From: Octopus bimaculoides
Taxonomy: Eukaryota
Direction of reading: 5' to 3'
NCBI RefSeq assembly: GCF_001194135.2
Contig: NC_068990.1
Location: forward strand, 3,861,524-3,925,523
DNA length: 64,000 nt
Shown here: one piece after another, positions 13,159 through 25,509 of the stretch
How positions within the stretch are numbered: the stretch's first letter is position 1
Layout: each line of letters opens with the position of its first letter
Translations under genes and position numbers: made by a program
Notes under the pieces: model-generated
Told to the model about the DNA's origin: nothing
The model's input: only the letters and a program-made list of their open reading frames with translations
Databases searched by the model: none

Positions 13159-14269
13159 AATATGCGCTGAATACAAGCAATAATTCGTTATCAGTCTCAA
13201 ACTTAGAATCTACAACTTAATTTTAAACTTCCAATCTACTACTTAAGCGGTTGAAAATATAAGTGATGTGTGGAATTTCCAAACCCGGAGTCAACTGAGT
13301 GGCCCGTCCATGTAAACCATTCGGTTTTAGAAAAGAATTATCACTCTATCACTGTCTATTTGAACGTCGCAGGAACTATGAAGTTAAAAGGTCATTTATT
13401 TGTATATGTGACAAAAAATTTATATTTACAGCAAAGATTTTTTTAGACAAATATTTCATGTTTCATACATGGTGACTAAACTGTAAAAAAAAAGCGTTTA
13501 TCAGCAAAGCTTATGTTGATGGATAGTTGTGAAGAAGATGCGAAGATTCTAATTATCAAAATATTGGTGATTTCGTCAGAGAGAAAACAATTCAGTAAAT
13601 CGAAGTGAAATGGCGGTAGAATAAGCCTACAGGATAAACAAGACATTAGTTCAAGTGATGGTGATGATAAAATAGGGGGGCATGAATGTCAGCATGCATA
13701 AAAAGACATCAGTATTCAAAGAACTGACGGGGTCAAGTGTATATATGTATTCCAATGATATTGCATTAAATAGCTGACACCAGCCCAACTTACACAAATC
13801 TTTATATCTATAAATATGTATATTTATACACAAAAAGACAGCTACATACACGCGTGTATGTGTGTGTATATGAATGTGTGTATTTGCGCGTGTAGTTATA
13901 TACATATATGTGATATATGTACACGTTTGTGTGTGTCTGTGTGTGCGTGTGTGTGTGTCAGTTCTAGACATCACCCAATAAAAATGTTAATGTCTTGTGA
14001 GCTATTAAGACTTTTTGGTGACAGTCATATTTGCATATCAAAGACGATTCTTTGATTGTTTCTATTTTTATTGTGATTCTTATCATCCATCAAATTAAAA
14101 CCGTTTTTATTCTTCAACTATAATAAAATTGGAAAGTGCAGATGGCTCTGTCGATAGCGAACCGAACAACGAACTGAAAGACAAAAAAAACGAGGAAGTA
14201 TATACAAATCAACTGTAAAATTTAACAAACGAGAGAGTCGATTTAATGAAGATGTCTCCTGGTGGTCGA

Positions 14270-14435
14270 TCGACCTGCTTGCTATAACAGTGGAATTTTC
14301 TTCAAACCAATCCTCACAGTCTTTTTTTATTCCAAATTTACTGATACATTGGATAACGTAATTCTAAACAGAATATGTCAGAATAAAAGGAAACGCATTG
14401 CTTATGGCTAGAGTAGTTTTGATCAAAGTTATCCT
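14270..14435 (+). repeat. Old interspersed repeat family F
   Basis: ggtcgatcgacctgct...cattggataacgtaattcta...tttgatcaaag. Confidence 0.55.
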
Positions 14436-14436
14436 C

Positions 14437-14469
<33 letters not shown>

Positions 14470-16589
14470 TTAAATTTAATATTAATATTTCAAGGTGATC
14501 GAAACTAATAGTTACATCACTAACAGGCTTCTGTCATCTGATCGGAAAGCAAAGGGCATACAGAAACACACTAAGGGCAGGCAGAGCAGCAGAACAGTTT
14601 CTAATTTGAATGAATGAATATATCCTGAATCTCCTAAATGTTCAGATCTGGTAGAGTTACACGACAGAGAAAACAACGTCTTGTTCTGTCTGGTCACTCA
14701 GATCCTAATGAGGGAAATACGAAATAATCCACAATTCTGGAGAATCGTACACAATTAAAAAGATGTGCGAGATAACAACTTTATATAGTATATTTTCTAG
14801 ATAACTGTGATAAGTTATTTTGCTGTTAGTAATGAAAAACTGGTGTTTCGAGCTCTGGCCGTTCGCCTGACAGTGAGAATCAGTTATGTCGTAGAAAACT
14901 GAAAATAAATCGTGACACAGAAGTCGGATGAGTCTGTTGGTCAATAAATACGTTTGTTACACATTGATATATTTCGCAGCTATAAGTAGCGGCATCCCTA
15001 TGAAGCTGACGAGGAGTTACGTTTCACTATTCATTATGGGAATGAATGCTCTTCTATGGAAGATGATGAAAGGATTTAGGCCTGTAACTAATACTTGTAA
15101 AACTCAATATTAGAGTCGAACCAACATCCTTGGCAGTTGTTGCTATTATTATTGTTTAAACTCCAGATTAACGAACCTATAATCAACGTTTTTCAGCCTT
15201 GTTTATGTATACAGAGACTATCTTGTCTAATATATTCTTGTTTATTTAAGGTCAAGTGTCATTTGTGGGAGATTTTGTTGCTATCTCTAGCAATTCGTGC
15301 AATCATGTAATGGTTCCTTATCGACCTCATAGATATAGCAGGTTAAAATTCACCCGAATCTTGTCACACTTTACAATCTTAGAAATTAAAGACACACCAG
15401 ATAATGAGGACATGTATGCAATGTGCCTCAGAAAAAGATGATATAGCATTGCCTGAATGCCTTTGATCAAAAACCTAATTGGGCAAGTCTAGCATAAACC
15501 TAAACAGCAACAACAACAATGGTAAGGAAAATAATGACTCGAATACGTTGTTGTTGTAGATATTTTTGAAGTCTAAGTCATTCCTAATTAAGGAGATCTT
15601 AGATCAAAGGAATTACAGTCTTCACTCGTCTTGTTTCCTATATGAAGGTACTCTAGGTCCACATTAATTAACGTGTACTATTTTAAGACGATACGAGGAA
15701 ATTTGAGGAAAACATGAGTACTCTTTCTAAGCAATCAAATGAGCCAGCCCATGGAGGCTCCCTGGTTGCTTCAAAACAAGTACATGTATGCAAGCCATGT
15801 GCACAATGATGCGTTATGGATGTAGAATTGGACTGGAATAAAGCGGTATCTGTGAATGTAATAAATTTCTACTTCAAATAAAATTACATCTTCATTATGC
15901 AGCATGGAATAAAAAAATCCTTTCAAACAGTCTTTCATTACATTGCCAACCGGTTCTGATTATATTCTGAATAGAACACACAATACCGAATTCTTTCCAA
16001 ATATACAATGCAGAATTCTTTTTGTAATCCCGTGTGATTTACCAATAAAATATTTTTCCCTTATGTATTTTGAACTAAAATAACTGATAAAAGAGTCGAT
16101 AATTTCTAAAATTAAATATTCTACTTTTTCTGCAGATATCATAGTCAAAAAGTGCATGCACTTTAATATCTATATTTAAAAGAAAACAATGTAAGGTTTA
16201 TTTCAAACAAAACTAATTCAAAGATTACATACGTAATGCGATTTAAAGATTATTGACATAAAATAAGTTGTGTAATTTTTTGGTCGAAATCTGCATTATT
16301 ATTGCCTTAATTCATTGGAGCCATCGCTGTAAATTTAATTTAAAAAGATCAGTATAATTTTCAGAAAAGTTGTTCAATCTGTGTCCCTACCCCCTGCATC
16401 AATCATTTGATCTACCTTCTTACGTTTCAGTTTGCACGTTTCATCTCTTAGGCAGGAGGGAAGGGCAGTACCCTTGACCCTTTACAATGCCTTTGAGACT
16501 GGTGCGAGGGAAAGGAATGGCACAAATTGAACTCCGCTCTAGGAAATCCAAGGAAATCAAAACGGAAAACAGATTAAGTCTATCCATGT

Positions 16590-16830
16590 AGATTGAGCGG
16601 GATTTGAACTAAGAATGCAATGAGCCGGAGAATACCACAAAGCGACCGGAAAAACGTTCTTAGATTTCAAACAATCTATTTCCTTATAATGGTATTTTTT
16701 TCATTACTCCGAAAGGATGTAAGGCAAAGCTGATTTCAGATTCAAACTGGGGTTTCAGAGAGTCAGAAGAAATACCGTGAGGTATTTTATCGGGCGTCAG
16801 ATGATTATGTCAATTCGTTGCTCGAGAAAA
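16590..16830 (-). mobile_element. Two degenerate SINE-A-like fragments
   Basis: gcgggatttgaactaagaat and cgaaaggatgtaaggcaaagctga...gaaataccg segments. Confidence 0.5.
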
Positions 16831-18460
16831 ACTATTCTAAAACTTGGTAAGAGTGAAAGCAAATGATGTCTTTGGAGATAAAAAAAAATCGCTTTCAGCT
16901 CATGTGGACAATACAGCTAGAGCATCACATGTAAATTCAAGTAAGAAAATCAATGCTTGCTGTTCAATAACAAATACAAGGAAAAACAATAATAATAAAA
17001 AATGTGTTAATGTTTATATTTGAAAATCAATTTCTATAATTTAATGTATATATATATATATATATNNNNNNNNNNNNNNNNNNNNNNNNNNNNNNNNNNN
17101 NNNNNNNNNNNNNNNNNNNNNNNNNNNNNNNNNNNNNNNNNNNNNNNNNNNNNNNNNNNNNNNNNNNNNNNNNNNNNNNNNNNNNNNNNNNNNNNNNNNN
17201 NNNNNNNNNNNNNNNNNNNNNNNNNNNNNNNNNNNNNNNNNNNNNNNNNNNNNNNNNNNNNNNNNNNNNNNNNNNNNNNNNNNNNNNNNNNNNNNNNNNN
17301 NNNNNNNNNNNNNNNNNNNNNNNNNNNNNNNNNNNNNNNNNNNNNNNNNNNNNNNNNNNNNNNNNNNNNNNNNNNNNNNNNNNNNNNNNNNNNNNNNNNN
17401 NNNNNNNNNNNNNNNNTATATATATATATATATGCATGTACACATTTTATGTACATATAAGTATAAACATATATATTTAAGTACAAACACACAAATATAC
17501 ATACATATATGCACAGCATATAAAACATAATCCAACATCATTAGTAGTGCTCTGTACCGGCAAGGCGTATATTAACTGGGAAAGTGACAGAGAGAGTACA
17601 GTGAAATTGCAGTGAGGAGTTGAATATCCAACAATTAGGAACTAGACTTTCTGCATATTTAAAATGGTGTTAGGGAAAAATGAAAATACCGCAGAGTTCT
17701 GCATCTTGTATGTTTGTACGACTGGCTGCAACTAATGAGACATGCAAGAAAACATGCGCTCGCTTAGGTAGAGAGAAAAGGGCAAAGAAAGAGAAATGAA
17801 AACAGAAAGACAAGCAGAGGAGGAGTAAAAATTAAGGCGACAGTAGAGGTAAATGATAAAAGATGAAAGGTTGGGAAGAACAGGATTCATTTATGCATAT
17901 CTATTCGCTCACACAAACATACACACACACATGTGGGAACGTGTATTAAGATTAGCGTTGTATATAATTTAACAGACTTACATGCAATACATGTGTATGT
18001 TTGTGAGTATACTCATATAAGTTTATCAAATTATATTATATGCAGCACTCTTTATATTAGATGTTTATATAGATTTACCACCAACAAAAGTCTCTGACCG
18101 AGTCAGCTGGAACCACCAGTACCATTCTCGTGTCATAGCGTGATACGAGAAAAGCAGGACATTGATCAAAGAGTTTAATAACATCTATTTAACTCTGTAT
18201 ATGGGAGGATGTGTGTGTACACAGAATAGCTTACGTGGGTACGGAAGTAAATGTATATGGGTACCAACACAAATAATGTTTTACTCTATAGTATGTTCTT
18301 AATTCTAGTTTTCGTCTTATTTTTCTTAATTACTCTCTTTCTCTATAAACACGCAACAGGATCCGTCCCTCATCATTCCTGTCTAACGGCTTAAAGTAAC
18401 AACATGGTGTATAAAATCTGAACGAAACATAGTTTATTTAACGAGATACTCCTTATGACA

Positions 18461-18548
18461 TCACCAGAGGAGATGCGTCTGAACCGAGGGGTGAACAGTA
18501 TCCTACTCGCAAGGGTCGGTGCAGGACGCGTCGAAACGATCGTTGTGA
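18461..18548 (+). ncRNA. Type I hammerhead ribozyme-like motif (PLE type), U4->A core variant
   Basis: Stem I UCAC/GUGA; core CAGAGGA; stem II of about 16 bp GAUGCGUC-UGAACCGA/UCGGUGCA-G-GACGCGUC; GAAAC-GAUC-GU-U. Confidence 0.72.
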
Positions 18549-18581
18549 CCAGTAAAGTTTCTCGTATATTCCTATCATTTG

Positions 18582-18615
<34 letters not shown>

Positions 18616-19486
18616 NNNNNNNNNNNNNNNNNNNNNNNNNNNNNNNNNNNNNNNNNNNNNNNNNNNNNNNNNNNNNNNNNNNNNNNNNNNNNNNNNNNNN
18701 NNNNNNNNNNNNNNNNNNNNNNNNNNNNNNNNNNNNNNNNNNNNNNNNNNNNNNNNNNNNNNNNNNNNNNNNNNNNNNNNNNNNNNNNNNNNNNNNNNNN
18801 NNNNNNNNNNNNNNNNNNNNNNNNNNNNNNNNNNNNNNNNNNNNNNNNNNNNNNNNNNNNNNNNNNNNNNNNNNNNNNNNNNNNNNNNNNNNNNNNNNNN
18901 NNNNNNNNNNNNNNNNNNNNNNNNNNNNNNNNNNNNNNNNNNNNNNNNNNNNNNNNNNNNNNNNNNNNNNNNNNNNNNNNNNNNNNNNNNNNNNNNNNNN
19001 NNNNNNNNNNNNNNNNNNNNNNNNNNNNNNNNNNNNNNNNNNNNNNNNNNNNNNNNNNNNNNNNNNNNNNNNNNNNNNNNNNNNNNNNNNNNNNNNNNNN
19101 NNNNNNNNNNNNNNNNNNNNNNNNNNNNNNNNNNNNNNNNNNNNNNNNNNNNNNNNNNNNNNNNNNNNNNNNNNNNNNNNNNNNNNNNNNNNNNNNNNNN
19201 NNNNNNNNNNNNNNNNNNNNNNNNNNNNNNNNNNNNNNNNNNNNNNNNNNNNNNNNNNNNNNNNNNNNNNNNNNNNNNNNNNNNNNNNNNNNNNNNNNNN
19301 NNNNNNNNNNNNNNNNNNNNNNNNNNNNNNNNNNNNNNNNNNNNNNNNNNNNNNNNNNNNNNNNNNNNNNNNNNNNNNNNNNNNNNNNNNNNNNNNNNNN
19401 NNNNNNNNNNNNNNNNNNNNNNNNNNNNNNNNNNNNNNNNNNNNNNNNNNNNNNNNNNNNNNNNNNNNNNNNNNNNNNNNNNNNNN

Positions 19487-19538
<52 letters not shown>

Positions 19539-19569
19539 TATATACCCGTAACATATTAACCGATGCATA

Positions 19570-20010
19570 GGTTTATTTTGCTTTGAGGGAGTGACTTCTG
19601 CCTCGTAGATAATCGCTTCAGTATTGCATATATGATTAAGGAGAACATTTTTGCAGTTATGTGTACAGAGATATTCAAGTTTAATTTGTTCAGTCTTCTT
19701 TTGGTTTCGTTTAGTTGGATTTGTTTTGATTTGAAGGAGTGACTTCTACCTCGTTGATAATCACTTCAGTACTGCATATATAATTAAGGAGCACATTTTT
19801 GTAATTATGCGTATACAGATATTCACATTTAATTCGTTTAGTCTTCTTTTGGTTTCGTTCAGATGGATTTATTTTGATTGGAGGGAGTGACTTCTACTTC
19901 GTAGATAATCGCTTTAGTGTTGCATATATGATTAAGGAGCGTAGTTTTGTATTTATGCGTACACGGATATTCTCGTTTAATCTGTTTAACCTGCTTCTTT
20001 ATTGTTCGCA
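19570..20010. repeat. Three tandem copies of a 148-bp unit
   Basis: gtgacttct anchors at 19591, 19739 and 19887. Confidence 0.95.
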
Positions 20011-20900
20011 GAATGGATGCTGCTGTTACTCTGCTTACCTTTATTACTGTTAAATAGTTTTTATCGGTCACTGATATTTATGAAAGCAAACTGAATAGGC
20101 ACTATGGGGACGTATGCTTCTGCGTAGGATTTTTAAAATGAGTGAGTAATTAAATGGCTTTCTAGAGTTGCAGTCAAATCGCTTGTGGTTGATAGAAGAT
20201 ATGGACTGAGTGAGACTAGAAGCTGGGGAATAGAAGAGTTTGATAAAATTGGTGTTGAAAATGGAATAGTGTTGGAATGTTTTTGACTGTTACCACACTT
20301 ATTGCAAACACTTATAGTTTGCATAGCATTTTATGCCAGATAATTTTCATTTCTGCTCTTATTCTTAGGGATGTATTTGATCAGTTCTTTGAAACTGCTT
20401 TGTGTCAGGACATCGTTGTGTAAGCGTTTCTATTGAAGCAGGCCTCGTTGCGTGATAGTTTGAAGAATTTGAAAGAGATGCTTTTGTGTAGGCTTTTGAT
20501 AAAGGGTTGTAGGATATTTGTAAGTTTTATGTTATTATATTAGACTTTTTGTAACGTGCATAAATGGAGATATTGAGCTCTAGTGTGAAACTTAAGAAAT
20601 TCACCGTTGGTATTCATAAAGATTTTCTGGCCGATTTTCAGTAAGGATGTGAATTATTTCCTTCGTTTGTCCGTGGGCCTGGAATTGTTCTTGATGAAGA
20701 CAAAACTATCATTTTTGTTGAGGTTTCTTTCGGTAAAAGGAGAATTCTTTTTAACAGGTTGCAACAAAAATAGTGTAATAAGAATATTCTCACATAGGAT
20801 GGTCGGACAGAAAACTTCTTAATTCTTATATTATCAGTAGTATGGTACTAGAGTCTTTCAGTTATATAAACTAATACTACAATGTACTGAAATCGGTATG
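19570..20900 (-). mobile_element. Degenerate Penelope-like element (RT-thumb/linker to GIY-YIG region)
   Basis: Minus-strand peptides IFNTNFIKLFYSPASSLTQSISSINHK and CTHKYKTTLLNHICNTKAIIYEVEVT resemble the PLE KIFNxNxxKxSYS...HN and C..C...IxYxAxV motifs; many frameshifts. Confidence 0.45.
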
Positions 20901-21094
20901 AAGCTGTTTCTGTGCAAGATCTTTTTAATAAAGATTTCTTATATAATTGACAAGTAGTAATTATTGACATAAACTTTGGCGAATGACTACTTGTCTTCTC
21001 TATTTTTGTTTCATTGATCTGGGCCTTTCAATCACAGCACCATTAATATTCCATAAAATTAAGCATGAGGCATGTTTGATATTTTGTATAATAT

Positions 21095-21720
21095 TGTTCA
21101 AGTTTTCATTGTTGATTTTGTGAAAAGCATGACGTTCGAAGGTCCAATCATACAACTTTCAGCGACTGAACTTGTGTTTTGTTAACTGTCATGGCGAAGC
21201 TGAGTTTGAGAGGGAACTGAAGTCTCCGCATACGTTAGGAGCAGTTTATTGGGGTTAGCGAAATTTTCGGAATAAAAACAGTATTGTTTTTGCCGTCCCG
21301 TGATAATTTGGGCTTCAGTGAGGTAGTCCATCATTTGTTTGACTACAAGGTGAGTACTATTGCATAGTATGGGTGCGTTTAGATTGTGTAAGAGGATAAC
21401 AAGGCAACCGATTTTTAAGAACAGTTCATGGAGAGGGAGTCCTGGAGGAGGTTGGGATTTGAGAAGTTCTGTTGGAAAGTGTGTAACCTGATCGAGGTCG
21501 GTAACGCTGTCAACTGATCTGTAAGAACGTTCTTGAGAAGATAACTTACTGAGTAATTCGGAGTTAAGAGTGGTGGCAGCTGCATTTGTAGGTGCAAGAA
21601 CAGCTCTGCGCTAACGTGCAAATATCGGCAGTTTACAGTGAATGAGTATTGTAAAAACTGTATAACTGTCACAACTTTGTATGAGGAAAAGCAGAGACTA
21701 TACATAATATAGATTAATTT
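21095..21720 (-). mobile_element. Helitron PIF1 helicase pseudogene fragment
   Basis: RAVLAPTNAAATTLNSELLSKLSSQERSYRSVDSV...FPTELLKSQPPPGLPLHELFLKIGCLVILLHNLNAPILCNSTHL...RRLQFPLKLSFAMTVNKTQVQSLKVV*LDLRTSCFS. Confidence 0.92.
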
Positions 21721-22097
21721 CTGAAGGCATTTAAAAATAATTAAACGTTGATTTAGGTTGCATGGCTACCTCAAGGAAGTGCTAATGTGCAGATATCGGA
21801 GGTCTGCAGTGGATGGACATTTTAAAAACTGTAATAGAAGACGAAGTGAAAGTAGCATAAGTACGTCATCAAAAGTAATGTCCCTTGAAGCAACGATCGT
21901 TGGTATTTGTTATTTACCTAAGAAAAGGTGTTTTCATCTCCTAGAAACAGCATTACACATTATGTGGAAAATGTGAAGAGTTTATGACCATCTCTGGAAC
22001 ATAAATGATGTGTACTCCGCGTGAACGAAATGGATCAATAATATTGACTTTAAAGAGGAACGAGAAAAAGGCCTATACGCACGCATACGCACACACA

Positions 22098-22136
<39 letters not shown>

Positions 22137-22573
22137 GCACACACATCTTCCGTTTTGTTATGTATAAGATTTTAACTCTTTCAATTTCGTAAAAAGATAT
22201 AGATATAAATGTAGTTATTCCAAGACGGTTGATTGTGAGAGTTGTTAAAGCCTTTGCTTGGATAGCCTGTGGCATGTGTTTCGGGCCTCTTCCTTCTGCA
22301 ATTGCCGAGTTGCCGAGTTGCGGCATTACGCTTTCCTTCAACAACATGGGTCACAGGGAAATGGAAGAATACATAGTGAAATGCTCGCCTTCCGCTCCTT
22401 AAGCTTGCATCCTGGCAAGAAATTTACAGATACAAATACGCGGACCATCTACAACAAACATTCACACACACTCACACGCACACTCACACACGACCATTTA
22501 TATATATATATACATTCATATATATATGTGTATATATATATATATATTATGTATATATATATATCATATATAT

Positions 22574-22643
<70 letters not shown>

Positions 22644-22731
22644 GAGAATATACAAATAATAACAACAGACGAGGACAGGTGGTGTAAATAACAAAAGGAT
22701 ATATTAGTATGACGCTCGGGAATACGGAAAG

Positions 22732-22768
22732 TCTTTGACGTTTCGAGCTACGCTCTTCAACAGAAAGA
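22732..22768 (-). ncRNA. Minimal type I hammerhead-like motif, A6->U core variant, in a PLE-like terminus (about 22660-22800)
   Basis: Minus strand UCUUU-CUGUUGA-A-GAGC-GUA-GCUC-GAAAC-GUC-AAAGA. Confidence 0.7.
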
Positions 22769-23628
22769 ATACGGAGACAAGGAGAAAAACACGGAGAAAA
22801 AAATATATATATATATATATATATATACGTGTACATCCTCACGCACACGTGTGTGCACTCACACACGTATATATACATGCAGACTGACTTACATACAATT
22901 ATGTGTATATCTGTGTGCCTGTGTGCCTGCCTACGTGTATGCATTCGTGCATATGTATGCGTAGGCAAGTGAAAATCTTAGCATGCAACGCTAAAATGCC
23001 GCAAGCGTAAATTTAAATCGAGGCTTTTCATCATATTGAATATCATTTACATCTTTTTGCATAGCAACTGATAGGATATGTTAGTCTGTACTGCGTTGGA
23101 TTTTACTGGAAAAGTATAAAGACAGAAGAAAGTAATGCTCTAATCTCTCTCTCCGCCTACAGATATTGTTGGCAGTTTCCTGAATGATGTTGTAAACAAT
23201 CTCTAATAATATGTTATCAAAAGTCAGTGCTACCAGTGAATAATATATATTTAATGTATAGATTATATTTGAACTCTATGCTATATTCTATGCAATGTAC
23301 TTCATTTAACAAAAGAAACAAGCTGAGAAATATGCAATGCTGGTATTCATATTCTTTTCACACAAATGTAAATGCAAAATGATGCAGCACAAATACACAG
23401 ACACACATGTGCAGTATAGAGTGGATTAATAAAAACCGATAAACGCATGTAATATACCTTTCTGTCATTATGTGTATGGGACTATGTGTATTTATGTGCG
23501 TGCATGTATATATATATATGTATATGCAAGTGAGTGGACAAACGAAAGACAGGCACTCAACAAATTCATTTGGAGTTACATGTATGGATCAAAACAGTTT
23601 TCATTCATACATACATACATATATATAT

Positions 23629-23672
<44 letters not shown>

Positions 23673-23736
23673 TTAGGTTTCCAATGTCTTATTATCATAC
23701 GTTATCATTTGCGCATCATTTGCTTATATACGTATC

Positions 23737-23771
<35 letters not shown>

Positions 23772-23849
23772 TGATAGAAAGAGTAAGACAACAAAAGAAA
23801 GAAAGATACCTCGGTATTATGTAAATAGAGGAATTTATCTGTAAATAGT

Positions 23850-24172
23850 AAATAACATGTGACAATTATTCGGTAGCCATGATAAACTCCGAGTTTCGGA
23901 TGTCGGGGCGGAAACACACGCCGCCATCTCTTCAGTTATCTGGCCATCGAAAACATGCTATGAAAATGACCGTTAAAAAAAGGAAAATTACTGTGTGATT
24001 GATCGTTATTAAGACAACAGAGCTATTAGAATGATCGCTAAGTGAAGGGAGGGAATAAAGGTAAGGGAGCAAAAATGTTCATAGTATTCGCGTAAGCACG
24101 CCAGTCCATACATACACATGCGCGCACGCACATGTTTTATCATGGCTACCGAATAATTGTCACATATTATTT
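23850..24172. mobile_element. Inverted-repeat element (~35-bp terminal inverted copies) with a hammerhead-like motif on the minus strand (23873-23945)
   Basis: atgtgacaattattcggtagccatgataaa versus tttatcatggctaccgaataattgtcacat; minus strand GCCAGATAA-CTGAAGA-GATG...CATC-C-GAAACTCGGAGT-TTATCATGGC. Confidence 0.7.
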
Positions 24173-24175
24173 ACA

Positions 24176-24212
<37 letters not shown>

Positions 24213-25280
24213 CAGATCACCTACGGATAATTGCGTGTAAATATTGAGTTTAAAAATTCCTTTGAATGGAGGAAGTTAAAACTGCTCGAGTGACTTGAAC
24301 TAACATTACTCATAAACAGGGCATGTATTCTACCATTGGAGTAAAGCAATCCTTCGAATTACGCTGTCCATTTCAGAAATCTTATTCTTACTATATATGT
24401 GTATGTATGTATGTATGTATGCATGTATGTATGTATGGATGGATGGATGGATGGATGGATGGATGGATGGATAGATGGATGGATGGATATCTTTAGCTCT
24501 CTCTCTGGCCTACAATCTAGTCGTATGAATTTACACAGCGATGATGAATGTTACACTAGCTACTAAATATAAATTATAAATTCGTGAATTATTGAAACCT
24601 TTTCATTTGAAGAGGGAATAGACACAAACACCTGGCGGCGATCGCCACCGACTCCAAATAATCTGAAAGAATCAAGAACTGTCTTGAATTTACATTTCTT
24701 TCAAAATATGGTTTGCTTTTTATGAGGACAAGAGAAAATCTGTGCATGTGTTTTAAATCTTTAATATACGTGGTCAGCTTAGCAATCTTATCGGTATGTC
24801 AAAACCAAAAGAAGCTGAAAAATAGAAGTTTCTAGAAGCACTACTTTGTTTCAGGAATCAGACATTCTGATAAGAACGTTTCTTAATCAAATAGACTGAT
24901 TAGAGAAGCACACGAAGCAACATTTGTAGTAAGCAGTAGAGTTAGATTAAACAGTTAAGTCAATTTGATAATTTGCTGATTAAGTATTTTTATTAAATAG
25001 CTTTCTGTATCGAAGACTGGAATGAGAAATATTTATACATTGAGGCTAGCATCTGTTTTAGAAATGTCAAATACGATCTTTAACAAGAGAGGTTTGAACC
25101 AAACGACATTACAGAATATCGTTTTAATAGTAGATGTCAGAAGGTTTGCAGTGAATACTATTTTATCTGTGAGTTTGCTTGCTTCTTGTGGTATATTGTA
25201 GTAAAGGCTTGCATTGTAGAAGATTTCGTTAATCGACGACAGGTTAGAGAATATTCTATCGATATTAGTTATCAGTATCT

Positions 25281-25500
25281 AAGCTGTGAACTGGCAGAAT
25301 CGTTAACACGCCGATTAAAATGCTTAGCGGCATTTCGTCCGTCTTTACGTTCTGAGTTCAAATTCGGCCGAGGTCGACTTTGCGTTTCATCCTTTTGGGG
25401 TGGATAAAATAAGTACCAGTTGATCACTGGGGTCGATGTAATCAACTTTTCCCCTCGGCCGAAATTGCTGGCTTTGTGCCAAAATTTGAAATCATTAATA
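25281..25500 (+). mobile_element. SINE family A, full length, tail type 1
   Basis: gaactggcagaatcgttaacacgccg...gagttcaaattcggccgaggtcgac...ggctttgtgccaaaatttgaaatc. Confidence 0.92.
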
Positions 25501-25509
25501 ATCACAATC

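Noticed and set aside
15015-15060. Minus-strand TAGAAGA-GCATTCATT..AATGAAT-GAAACGTA
   Set aside because: Two core mismatches and no stem I.
17020-19570. Long ORFs in the track (e.g. 387 aa and 371 aa) here and at 41.7-42.8, 45.1-46.4, 49.3-50.0 and 56.8-57.6 kb
   Set aside because: They are runs of X across N-gaps plus YIYI/CVCV microsatellite translations, not genes.
19570-20010. CRISPR-like interpretation of regularly spaced repeats
   Set aside because: The units are contiguous with no unique spacers, and the DNA is eukaryotic.
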